From an uncultured archaeon (GTDB lineage Archaea; Iainarchaeota; Iainarchaeia; Iainarchaeales; Iainarchaeaceae): a stretch of DNA of 22,064 bases. The notes under the pieces are model-generated. The model saw only the letters and a list, made by a program, of their open reading frames with translations. It had not been told where the DNA came from and did no database searches. The position numbers and the translations under genes are program-made. The stretch is from assembly GCA_964577555.1 (NCBI GenBank), contig CAZNZM010000003.1:125015-147078 (forward strand), written 5' to 3'. This document shows positions 1 to 7,471 of the stretch, piece after piece (the stretch's first letter is position 1; each line of letters starts with the position of its first letter).

Positions 1-63
1 GGCGTATTTTTCATTTTTTTGTTGTATTTCTGCTTTTTTGCAAGCCAATTTTTTTTCAGTCAT
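1..63 (-). CDS. Possible 5' end of a minus-strand gene running off the window (MTEKKLACKKAEIQQKNEKYA...)
   Basis: ATG at 63-61 (cat on + strand) is open for all 21 codons to the window edge. A TATA-like taatttaaaa lies at 91-100, about 32 nt upstream. The sequence becomes less homopolymeric toward the edge. The same start module recurs at 16629 and 16812. Confidence 0.3.
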   Translation of the reverse strand, partial: MTEKKLACKKAEIQQKNEKYA

Positions 64-297
64 TTTTTTTGATTTTTTTTATTTTGTTTTTAATTTAAAA
101 TTTTCAATTATTTTTTTGTCTTTTGTCAGGCGTGTTTTTTTTAATAAATTTATTTTTTTCCAATTCAATTTTATTTTTTTAGCGGTAAAGACTTTTTTTG
201 AATTATTTTTTTGTGAGCCAAATTTTTTTGTTTTTGTGAACTGTTTTTTGTTGTTTTTTTTGGCGAAACATTTTTTTTGTTATTTATTTTTTTTGAA
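1..297. repeat. T-rich (+ strand) low-complexity repeat array, locus A; truncated by the left window edge
   Basis: T7-T9 runs punctuated by gcaagccaa (40-48), gtgagccaaa (213-222) and ggcgaaaca (261-269). Positions 33-100 are near-identical to 16781-16846 apart from homopolymer-length changes. Confidence 0.85.
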
Positions 298-1305
298 TTA
301 TTTTTTAGTTATCTTTCCAAGCAACCATGCGGTTTCGCCGTTTTTTTTCAAAAATTCAATTGTTGCGTTTGCATCTGTTTTTTTGACAACAAGCACAAGT
401 CCCACTCCCATATTGAATGTTTTGAACATTTCTTCGTTTGAAACATTTCCTTTTTCTTGTATTAATTTAAAAATTTTTGGAGTATGAATGGAGTTCAAGT
501 CAAAGTCTGGGGTGAGGTTTTTTGGAATTATGCGCGGCACGTTTTCTCCAAGGCCGCCGCCTGTTATGTGTGCTATGCCTTTTACTTCAATTTTTTTCAT
601 TAGCGAAAGCACTGGTTTTGAGTAGCTTTTATGCGGTTCCAACAATGCTTCTCCGATTGTGCGACCCAAATAATCTGAAAAATCGTTTACTCCCAAGCCA
701 GCTTCATTGAAAAGTACTTTTCTTGCAAGGCTGTAACCGTTGGTGTGAAGCCCTGTTGAAGCCAAACCTATTAATACATCTCCTTCTTTTATTTTTGAGC
801 CGTCAATCATTTTTTTTCTTTCAACAATTCCAACCATCATGCCTACCACATCATGTTCATCTTCAAGATAAACTCCTGGCATTTCTGCTGTTTCCCCGCC
901 TATAAGCGAACAATCAAGTTCTTTGCAAGCTTTTGCCATGCCTTTAACTATTTCTGCAATTCTTGAAGGATTGATTTTTTCAGCGGCAATATAATCCATG
1001 AAAAAAAGAGGTTTTGCGCCCATTGCAAGTATGTCGTTGGAGCAATGGTTTACAATGTCTTGGCCTATAGTGTCCCATTTTTTCATTAGTGCTGCAACTT
1101 TAAGTTTTGTTCCTACTCCGTCAACTGTTGAAACAATTACCGGTTCTTTCATTTTGAAGGCGTCTTTCAAGGAAAAGGCCGCGCCGAAAGCTCCTACTCC
1201 TGCAATCACGTTTTTATTGTAAGTTGACTTGACAACTTTGCCAATAAGCTCTTCGGCTTCGTTTCCTGCATTAATGTCAACGCCTGCTTCTTTATAGCTA
1301 ATCAT
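298..1305 (-). CDS. purM: Phosphoribosylformylglycinamidine cyclo-ligase (AIR synthetase)
   Basis: Motifs VDGVGTKLK and GGETAEMPG with full-length PurM-like sequence. The start is moved to the ATG at 1305 (MISYKEAGVDI), which overlaps the purB stop as TAATG. The ORF-track start at 1335 would lie inside purB. Confidence 0.95.
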   Translation of the reverse strand: MISYKEAGVDINAGNEAEELIGKVVKSTYNKNVIAGVGAFGAAFSLKDAFKMKEPVIVSTVDGVGTKLKVAALMKKWDTIGQDIVNHCSNDILAMGAKPLFFMDYIAAEKINPSRIAEIVKGMAKACKELDCSLIGGETAEMPGVYLEDEHDVVGMMVGIVERKKMIDGSKIKEGDVLIGLASTGLHTNGYSLARKVLFNEAGLGVNDFSDYLGRTIGEALLEPHKSYSKPVLSLMKKIEVKGIAHITGGGLGENVPRIIPKNLTPDFDLNSIHTPKIFKLIQEKGNVSNEEMFKTFNMGVGLVLVVKKTDANATIEFLKKNGETAWLLGKITKK

Positions 1306-2681
1306 TATTTCAACCTTTTTTTCCAGTAATCGCAAATTTTTTCCGTCTTTCTTTCGGCTATGCCTGTGTAATTTTTCGGGTTTTTTATTATTTCTATTTC
1401 TTTTTTTGAAAATTTTTTTATAAAGCCATGCAACTCTGGGTCTTTCATTGCAATTTCTAATATTCCGATTCCGCTTTTCTTTGACTCAATAGTCAATTTT
1501 CTTACGCATTCGTGTGCATTTGTGTGTCCGTATTTTGCAAGCAAAATGTAAAGGGGCTCGGCGACTATTTTTTCCCTGCTCATTTCAAAATTTTTTGTCA
1601 TGGAGTCTTTGTCAACAATCATTTTTTTTGAGACATTTGCAAGTCTTTTTGATGTGACAATTAATGCGAGGAAAAATTCTGGTATGAATCTTGCGCTTGC
1701 GCTATTGGTTAAATCACGTTGGTGTTCTGAAATTGCATCAAGGTGGAAAGTGACAATCCTTGGCATGAATGCTTTCCAAAGGCTTTTGGCGTTTTCAAAA
1801 TTAATGGGGTTTCGTTTGTGTGGCATTGTGCTTGAACCTACTTGTTCTTCTTCAAAGCTTTCCGCGATTTCCGATATTTCGGTTCTTTGCAAATGCCTCA
1901 TGTCGTCGGAGAAATTTGCAAGTACTGCAAATGCTTCCGATGTTGAGTGAAGAAGGTCAAGCATTGGTTCTGGTTCAACTATTTGAGTTGAGTGCATTGG
2001 TTGGCAAAGTCCGAGTTCGTCCATAATATCTTTTTCGAGTTTTTCAGGGTTGCTTACTAAAATTGAACTGGCGTTGAAACAACCTACTGCTCCTGAAAAT
2101 TTTCCTTCCAATTTTTTTGCGCACCAATCCATTGAGGAAATGGCTCTGCCAAGCCTGTTTATATAACCAGCCATTGCAAAGCCGAATGTTATTGGTTCGG
2201 CGTGTTGTCCGTGTGTTCTGCCTATTTGCAAAGTGCTCTTTTCTCTTAAGGCGATTTCTATCCACACGTCAAGAAGTTCTTTCAATTCAGGTATGACAAA
2301 TTCGATAACCGCGTCTTTATACCTTGCAGCAGATGCGGTATCAACAATATCGTATGATGTTGCGGAAAAATGGACAAACGGCTTGGCTTCATCCGAAATT
2401 TTTGCTCTGATAACATTGACAAGAGCCCTTACATCGTGCTTGATTTTTTTTTCTTCTGCATAAACTTCTTCCGCAGTGATTTTTTCTGCTGCGTTGGCAA
2501 TTTCCTCATATGCTTTTTTCGTGCAAACCCCTTGTTTGTAAAGCGCTTTGGCTAGCGCGACTTCAACTTTTGCTTGATATTTTATTCTGGCGTTTTCCGA
2601 AAAATATTTTCCAGCCTTGGCAGCCAATGTTTCATCAATATAGCGATAATCTAGAGGGGAGAAAAAATCGAATTTATTCAA
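1305..2681 (-). CDS. purB: Adenylosuccinate lyase
   Basis: Fumarate-lyase family signature GSSTMPHKRNP in a 458-aa PurB-like sequence. The start codon is TTG at 2681-2679, preceded by GGTGAT (2690-2685) with a 3-nt spacer. Confidence 0.95.
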   Translation of the reverse strand: MNKFDFFSPLDYRYIDETLAAKAGKYFSENARIKYQAKVEVALAKALYKQGVCTKKAYEEIANAAEKITAEEVYAEEKKIKHDVRALVNVIRAKISDEAKPFVHFSATSYDIVDTASAARYKDAVIEFVIPELKELLDVWIEIALREKSTLQIGRTHGQHAEPITFGFAMAGYINRLGRAISSMDWCAKKLEGKFSGAVGCFNASSILVSNPEKLEKDIMDELGLCQPMHSTQIVEPEPMLDLLHSTSEAFAVLANFSDDMRHLQRTEISEIAESFEEEQVGSSTMPHKRNPINFENAKSLWKAFMPRIVTFHLDAISEHQRDLTNSASARFIPEFFLALIVTSKRLANVSKKMIVDKDSMTKNFEMSREKIVAEPLYILLAKYGHTNAHECVRKLTIESKKSGIGILEIAMKDPELHGFIKKFSKKEIEIIKNPKNYTGIAERKTEKICDYWKKRLK

Positions 2682-2770
2682 TGCATCACCAATAAAAATT
2701 TGATATTTATGGTTTTTTAAAGGCTGATGAAAACATTACCAACTTAATAATTAGTGCATTAAATTTATCA

Positions 2771-3439
2771 ATGCCGAAAAAATCGCCGAAAAGCATAATT
2801 CAATTTTTTTCAAATAGTACTGGAAAATTTTACCAATTGATTCCAACCAAAACTTTGCCTGCCTTGAGAATAAATGCCGTGCCAATGCACAAATTTGCAA
2901 AACTTGACCCGCTTGAAGATGTCAAAAGAAAAATATCGGTTTTAAGGCCGCATGGAAGGATTTTGGATACTTGCATGGGTCTTGGGTATACTGCAATTTA
3001 TTCTGCTAAACTTAATGAAGTCAAGCAAGTCACAACGATAGAAAAAGACCAAGAAGTAATAAAGATTTGCAAGTTCAACCACGCAAGTTCAAATTTGTTC
3101 GTCAACAGCAAAATAAAAATAATTGAAGGTGATGTGTCCGAAATAGTTTCAGGTTTTCATGATAATTTTTTTGATTGCATTATTCATGATCCGCCAACGT
3201 ATGTTGTGGCGCCGGAGCTTTATTCAAAAAATTTTTACTTGGAATTGTTTCGTGTGTTGAAGTTTGGGGGAAGGCTTTGGCATTATGCGGCAATGCCTGG
3301 AAAATCCAGTGGCAAAAGTTCAAGCTTGCCGAATAAAATAATTTCTGGACTTGAATCTGTTGGCTTTGTAGGAATTGAACACGATTTGTATTCAGACGGA
3401 ATAATTTGCTCCAAGCCTTCCGGCATCAAAAATTTTTAG
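2771..3439 (+). CDS. Class I SAM-dependent methyltransferase (DPPxY-type; resembles the predicted archaeal methyltransferase family, COG2521-like, from memory)
   Basis: SAM-binding motif I ILDTCMGLGYTAI and motif IV IIHDPPTY. ATG start verified. Substrate unknown. Confidence 0.75.
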   Translation: MPKKSPKSIIQFFSNSTGKFYQLIPTKTLPALRINAVPMHKFAKLDPLEDVKRKISVLRPHGRILDTCMGLGYTAIYSAKLNEVKQVTTIEKDQEVIKICKFNHASSNLFVNSKIKIIEGDVSEIVSGFHDNFFDCIIHDPPTYVVAPELYSKNFYLELFRVLKFGGRLWHYAAMPGKSSGKSSSLPNKIISGLESVGFVGIEHDLYSDGIICSKPSGIKNF

Positions 3440-3463
3440 CAATATTTGCCTTTTTAGGTGTTA

Positions 3464-4429
3464 TCAATTGCTTTTTTCAAGAAAGGCTTTGTATTTGTTC
3501 ATTACTTCTTCAAGTGGCGGTGCCTTGAATATTTTTTCTCCGGTCCAGGCATCGCATACGCTCTTGTACATTTCTGAAACAATCTGGACAAGTTCTGTTG
3601 GAAGTTTTGGAGGCTCTGGCCAAGCGGCTTTTTCAAGTCCTTTGTTTTTGGCTTCTTCCAATTCTGCGTACCATGGCAATTTTTTGTAGTAATCCCTGCA
3701 AACTTGTTTGCTTACATGGATTCCGTTCCACAAAAACCTGTTTTCGTCCAAAGTGCCGCATACATCCACAAGCATAAGTTCGTTTTTTGGGGTTATGGCA
3801 AATTCTACTTTTCCGTCCGCGTGTTCGAGCCCTATTTGAGCTGCTTTTTCGGTGATAAAGTCGTTGATGTTAAGGACTGCTTCTTTTAATTCGTACATTT
3901 GGTCTTCAGTTATTTGTGAAAGTTCAAGTGCTTCATCCCATGAAAGATACCTGTCGGTTGGTTCTAATTTGGTGCTTACATCGAGAAAGGCTTTTTCGAA
4001 TTTGTGGCCGGGTTGTGGTTCAATAGAAAGTCCGAGGTCATCTAATGTTAATTCGCCTGTTTGCAGTCTTTTGAATACAGAGCTGCCGGGAGGCAAAGTG
4101 TTTCTAAAAATTATTTCCAAAGGAATCAAGTAATTTGTGGTTTCTTCGTAAATTTTTACTTTTTGCGGGTCGAGTACTCTTACCAAGTTTATTTGCATTT
4201 TGTTTCCTGAAATTAGTTTTCTGAAATGTGTTTTTATGTCAAATCTTTTTTCTATTTCTTTGAAATTGTAAGCTGCTTGTCTGCAAAGCGCTTCGCCTTT
4301 GCCTGGGATTTTGTCCGGCATCTTGCCATAATCAAAAACCGAGTAATCATCAGTGAATTCAAAAATTCCTATTCCCATTGAATCTTCAGTAGCTTCTTTT
4401 TCAATTATCAAGTTTTTTACGGAACCCAT
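3464..4429 (-). CDS. purC: Phosphoribosylaminoimidazole-succinocarboxamide (SAICAR) synthase, long form
   Basis: N-terminal GSVKNL...FTDDYSVFDYG...IPGKGEAL and LVDVCGTLDENRFLW are typical of PurC. ATG at 4429 is preceded by GGTGG (4438-4434) with a 4-nt spacer. Confidence 0.92.
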   Translation of the reverse strand: MGSVKNLIIEKEATEDSMGIGIFEFTDDYSVFDYGKMPDKIPGKGEALCRQAAYNFKEIEKRFDIKTHFRKLISGNKMQINLVRVLDPQKVKIYEETTNYLIPLEIIFRNTLPPGSSVFKRLQTGELTLDDLGLSIEPQPGHKFEKAFLDVSTKLEPTDRYLSWDEALELSQITEDQMYELKEAVLNINDFITEKAAQIGLEHADGKVEFAITPKNELMLVDVCGTLDENRFLWNGIHVSKQVCRDYYKKLPWYAELEEAKNKGLEKAAWPEPPKLPTELVQIVSEMYKSVCDAWTGEKIFKAPPLEEVMNKYKAFLEKSN

Positions 4430-4497
4430 CCAACCACCTAAAAAATCTACTTGACTAATCTTTAAAAATGGATTATTTTTGAAAAATATTAAAAAAA

Positions 4498-5310
4498 TTA
4501 TTCAGCAGATCTTGAAATCAAGGTTGATTGCTTGTTGCTTTCAATGACTTTTTGTGCTTCGCTTCTTCTCAATTCCAAGAGGACTTTTGAATAATTTCCG
4601 TTTAGATTGGCTAGTTGAATTGCTGCAATAACTGCGTTTTTGTAGTTGTTCAATCCTACGCAATATGATGATTGAAGAGTGTCAAAGAATTTGATTGCGT
4701 CTTTTTTTGAATTTTTTTTTGCAACTGGGCAAATAATTGTCGAGTTTTGCGTTGCAGTAGGCTTTTTTCCAAGTTTTACGAAATCAACGAAGATTTTTGA
4801 GTGTTCAAGTTTTTTTGTGTTGGGTGATTCGGAAAAAGGTATTTTATTTGTTTCCAGGAATTTTTTTGCTTTTTCGTAGTATTCTTTTTCAATGTTGGCG
4901 GTTTTTTTTACCAACGCAATTTCGGTAAATCCGTGTAAAAAATTTCCGCAAAGGCTTACCGCTTTTTCCACTTTTCCCACGCCAACTGCAATGACTGGGA
5001 CTCCGGGTGGCATTTGGGTGCAACTTAGAAAGGAATCAAGTCCGTTGAAGGCGCCTTCGCATGGAATTCCTATGACTGGCTTGATTTTTTTTGATGCTAT
5101 GACTCCTGGCAAAGCCGCAGCTAACCCTGCTCCTGCAATAAAAATTTCTGCAGCCGAGTCGTTTATTTCGAATTCAAGTTCTTTCGGGGTTTTGTGCGCG
5201 CTTAACACTCTGAAATCAAATGAAATGCCTGACCTTTTCAGCCTTGCGTTGAGGTCGTTATAAGTTTTTTCATCTGTTGAAGAGCCAAAAACAACCATTA
5301 CTTCTGCCAT
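4498..5310 (-). CDS. purE: PurE (AIR carboxylase / N5-CAIR mutase family) with a class II-like SAHK motif and an extra C-terminal partial repeat
   Basis: MAEVMVVFGSSTD, SAHKTP, AGAGLAAALPGVIA and VIGIPC...QMPPGVPVIAVGV. The start is moved to the ATG at 5310, preceded by GGTG at 5320-5317. The upstream extension to 5409 would cross the divergent purA promoter. Confidence 0.85.
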   Translation of the reverse strand: MAEVMVVFGSSTDEKTYNDLNARLKRSGISFDFRVLSAHKTPKELEFEINDSAAEIFIAGAGLAAALPGVIASKKIKPVIGIPCEGAFNGLDSFLSCTQMPPGVPVIAVGVGKVEKAVSLCGNFLHGFTEIALVKKTANIEKEYYEKAKKFLETNKIPFSESPNTKKLEHSKIFVDFVKLGKKPTATQNSTIICPVAKKNSKKDAIKFFDTLQSSYCVGLNNYKNAVIAAIQLANLNGNYSKVLLELRRSEAQKVIESNKQSTLISRSAE

Positions 5311-5335
5311 TTTAAACACCAAAAAAATCATGATT

Positions 5336-5358
5336 GGAAGATTTAATATTTTTAGTGG
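5336..5358 (-). promoter_or_regulatory. Putative TATA-like box for purE (minus strand aaaaatattaaatc)
   Basis: A/T box centred about 36 nt upstream of the purE ATG. The same spacing is seen for the other SD-led genes here. Confidence 0.4.
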
Positions 5359-5415
5359 TTCGGTTTCAAAATTTTGTTTTTTTGGTGTTTTGTTTGCTTG
5401 TTTTTTCAACGATTC

Positions 5416-5426
5416 TTTTAAAATAT
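5416..5426 (+). promoter_or_regulatory. Putative TATA-like box for purA (ttttaaaatat)
   Basis: Centred about 36 nt upstream of the ATG at 5457. GGTGG SD at 5446-5450. Confidence 0.4.
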
Positions 5427-5456
5427 CCGTGTTATTTTATCAGTTGGTGGATTATA

Positions 5457-6728
5457 ATGGTTGGCACTGTTATTATTGGTTCGCAATTTGGTGATGAAGG
5501 AAAGGGCAAGGTCACTGATTTTTATGCCGCCAAAACTGATTGTGTTGTAAGGTATCAAGGCGGTAATAATGCAGGCCATACTGTGGTTGTCAGGGATAAG
5601 ACTATAAAATTTCATTTGTTGCCAAGCGGGGTTGTTCAAGGAAAAAGAATATTGATTGGCGCTGGAGTTGTTTTGGATCCAAGGGTTTTGAGAAATGAGA
5701 TTGAGCATTTGAAGGAACTTAAATTGTTTGTTGATTTGGGCATAGACCCGCGTACTCACATAATAATGCCTTGGCATAATCTTTTTGATGAGGGCAGGGA
5801 GGAAAGCAGGAGTAAGACTAAAATAGGGACTACTAAAAGAGGCATCGGGCCTTGCTATGCTGACAAGGCTGAAAGGATAGGATTAAGATTTGAGGATTTG
5901 GTTGATGAAAAGAGGTTGAAAGAAAAAATTGATGAAGTTTTTCCAATAAAAAAGGCTATTCTTGAAAAGGCTTATAAAATAAAAGTGCCTTTTACAAAGG
6001 AAGATGTTTATGCCGAGTATTCGGTTCTTGGAGCTGAATTCAGAAATTTCTTGTGTGATGTGAGCCTTGAAGTGTGTGAAAAGCTTGAATCTGGAAAAGA
6101 TGTTTTGTTTGAAGGTGCTCAAGGAACTTTTTTGGATAATGATTTTGGGACTTATCCTTTTGTGACTAGTTCTCATCCTATTTCTGGCGGCGTGGCGACT
6201 GGTGTTGGAATGCCTTTTTCAAAAATTAAGAGGATAGTTGGCATTGTCAAAGCATATACTACTAGAGTCGGTTTTGGGCCTTTTCCAACAGAGCTTAAGG
6301 ATGAAATTGGCGATTTTTTGACTCAAAAGGGGAACGAGTTTGGCACTACTACTGGAAGAAAAAGGCGTGTTGGTTGGCTTGATCTTCCGATGCTCAGGAC
6401 TTCTCATCGCTTGAATGGTTTTACTGAATTGGCGATAACAAAGTTAGATGTTTTGAGCGGGCTTGATAAAGTAAAAATTTGTTTGAATTATAAAATAGGC
6501 GGAAAGGAAATAAGGTATTTTCCTTATAGCAACAAGGGTCTTGAAAGCGCCGAGCCTGTTTATAAGGAATTTGACGGTTTTGAGGTTACTGGAAAGGAAA
6601 AGGAGTATGATGATTTGGATTCTAATGCGAAAAAATATTTGGAGTTTATTGAAAAGGAAATAGGCGTGCCAATAAGGCTTGTTTCTGTTGGGCCAGAAAG
6701 AGAAGAAACAATAATAAAAATACTTTGA
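5457..6728 (+). CDS. purA: Adenylosuccinate synthetase
   Basis: GSQFGDEGKGK P-loop, GGNNAGHT, GTTKRGIGPCY and TTTGRKRRVGW. The start is moved to the ATG at 5457 (MVGTVIIGSQFGDEGKGK); the ORF-track extension from 5334 is hydrophobic junk over the promoter region. Confidence 0.95.
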   Translation: MVGTVIIGSQFGDEGKGKVTDFYAAKTDCVVRYQGGNNAGHTVVVRDKTIKFHLLPSGVVQGKRILIGAGVVLDPRVLRNEIEHLKELKLFVDLGIDPRTHIIMPWHNLFDEGREESRSKTKIGTTKRGIGPCYADKAERIGLRFEDLVDEKRLKEKIDEVFPIKKAILEKAYKIKVPFTKEDVYAEYSVLGAEFRNFLCDVSLEVCEKLESGKDVLFEGAQGTFLDNDFGTYPFVTSSHPISGGVATGVGMPFSKIKRIVGIVKAYTTRVGFGPFPTELKDEIGDFLTQKGNEFGTTTGRKRRVGWLDLPMLRTSHRLNGFTELAITKLDVLSGLDKVKICLNYKIGGKEIRYFPYSNKGLESAEPVYKEFDGFEVTGKEKEYDDLDSNAKKYLEFIEKEIGVPIRLVSVGPEREETIIKIL

Positions 6729-6740
6729 AGCGCGTTTGAA

Positions 6741-6760
6741 TTATTTTTGTGTTTTTGTCT
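6741..6760 (+). terminator. Possible oligo-T terminator for purA
   Basis: T5 runs at 6744-6748 and 6752-6756 directly after the purA stop. Archaeal RNA polymerase terminates at oligo-T. This cannot be separated from the repeat array that starts here. Confidence 0.3.
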
Positions 6761-7032
6761 TTTGCAAGGCTTTTTTTTAGTTTTGGTTTTTTTTGTCTTT
6801 TTTTTGTTTGTTTTGTGAGCCAATTTTTTGTTTTTTTTTGGGGAGCCAAATTTTTTTGTCATTTTTTTGAATTTGTTTTTTTTTATTTAAATTGTTTTGT
6901 TTTTTTTGCTTGTTTTTTTAGATGTTTTTTTTGAATTGTTTTTTTTTGGTTTTGTTTTGGCAAGCCGTTTTATTTTTTTTGTTTTTTTTGTTTGAATTTT
7001 TGTTTTTTTTGCAAGCCGAATTTTTTTTGTTG

Positions 7033-7090
7033 TTTTTTTGATCTGTTCTTTTGTTTTTTTTGGTGAGCCAATTTTTTTTGTAATTTTTTT
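7033..7090. repeat. 58-bp perfect direct repeat, copy 1 (tttttttgatctgttcttttgttttttttggtgagccaattttttttgtaattttttt)
   Basis: Base-for-base identical to 7333-7390; offset exactly 300 bp. Confidence 0.95.
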
Positions 7091-7168
7091 GTGAATTTGT
7101 TTTTTTTTATTTAAATTGTTTTGTCTTTTTTTTGTCTTGTTTTTTTTGTTTGTTTTTGGCGAGCCGTT

Positions 7169-7471
7169 TTATTTTTTTATTTTTTTTGTTTGAAATTTTG
7201 TTTTTTTTCGGGCTATTTTTTTGTTGAGCCAATGTTGTTTTTTTGGTGTTTTTTTTATTTTTTTTAGTTTTGGTTTTTTTTTGAAGTTTTTTAGTTTATG
7301 TTTTTTTTGGCGAGCCGTTTTATTTTTTTTATTTTTTTTGATCTGTTCTTTTGTTTTTTTTGGTGAGCCAATTTTTTTTGTAATTTTTTTTGTCTTGTTG
7401 TTTTTTAGCCAAGGTCGTTTTTTGTTGTTTGTTTTTGCTAGCCTTTTTTTTTCAATTTTTAATTTTGTCAT
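7169..7471 (-). CDS. Questionable lysine-rich ORF inside repeat array B (100 codons, includes a GSPKK motif)
   Basis: ATGACA start at 7471 with an A/T-rich box (7485-7498) upstream. The composition is almost only K/N/Q/T/P, which any frame of an A/C-only strand would give. The conserved GAGCCAA cores are read in different frames in neighbouring ORFs. Confidence 0.2.
   Translation of the reverse strand: MTKLKIEKKRLAKTNNKKRPWLKNNKTKKITKKIGSPKKTKEQIKKNKKNKTARQKKHKLKNFKKKPKLKKIKKTPKKQHWLNKKIARKKTKFQTKKIKK
7333..7390. repeat. 58-bp perfect direct repeat, copy 2
   Basis: Base-for-base identical to 7033-7090. Confidence 0.95.

Noticed and set aside
38-487. Phenylalanine-rich + strand ORFs across the T-rich arrays (38-487, 6749-6934, 7221-7493, 7503-7733, 12498-12707, 16582-16950, 16827-17018, 17030-17242, 17088-17300)
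   Set aside because: They are the automatic translation of poly-T (TTT = F) in any frame. Several run into the antisense of real genes (purM, purQ). They lack start context and their composition is implausible for proteins.
5334-5456. N-terminal extensions of purA (from 5334) and purE (to 5409) given in the ORF track
   Set aside because: The two extensions overlap each other across the divergent promoter and encode hydrophobic or low-complexity sequence that I do not expect in these families. Conserved N-termini with SD sites begin at 5457 and 5310.
6560-6862. 100-codon minus-strand ORF MTKKFGSPKK... as a bona fide gene
   Set aside because: Only the first 45 or so codons lie in the array. 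The remaining 55 or so are antisense to the 3' end of purA and are probably open by chance. It is retained only as one example of the start-module pattern, not as a called CDS.
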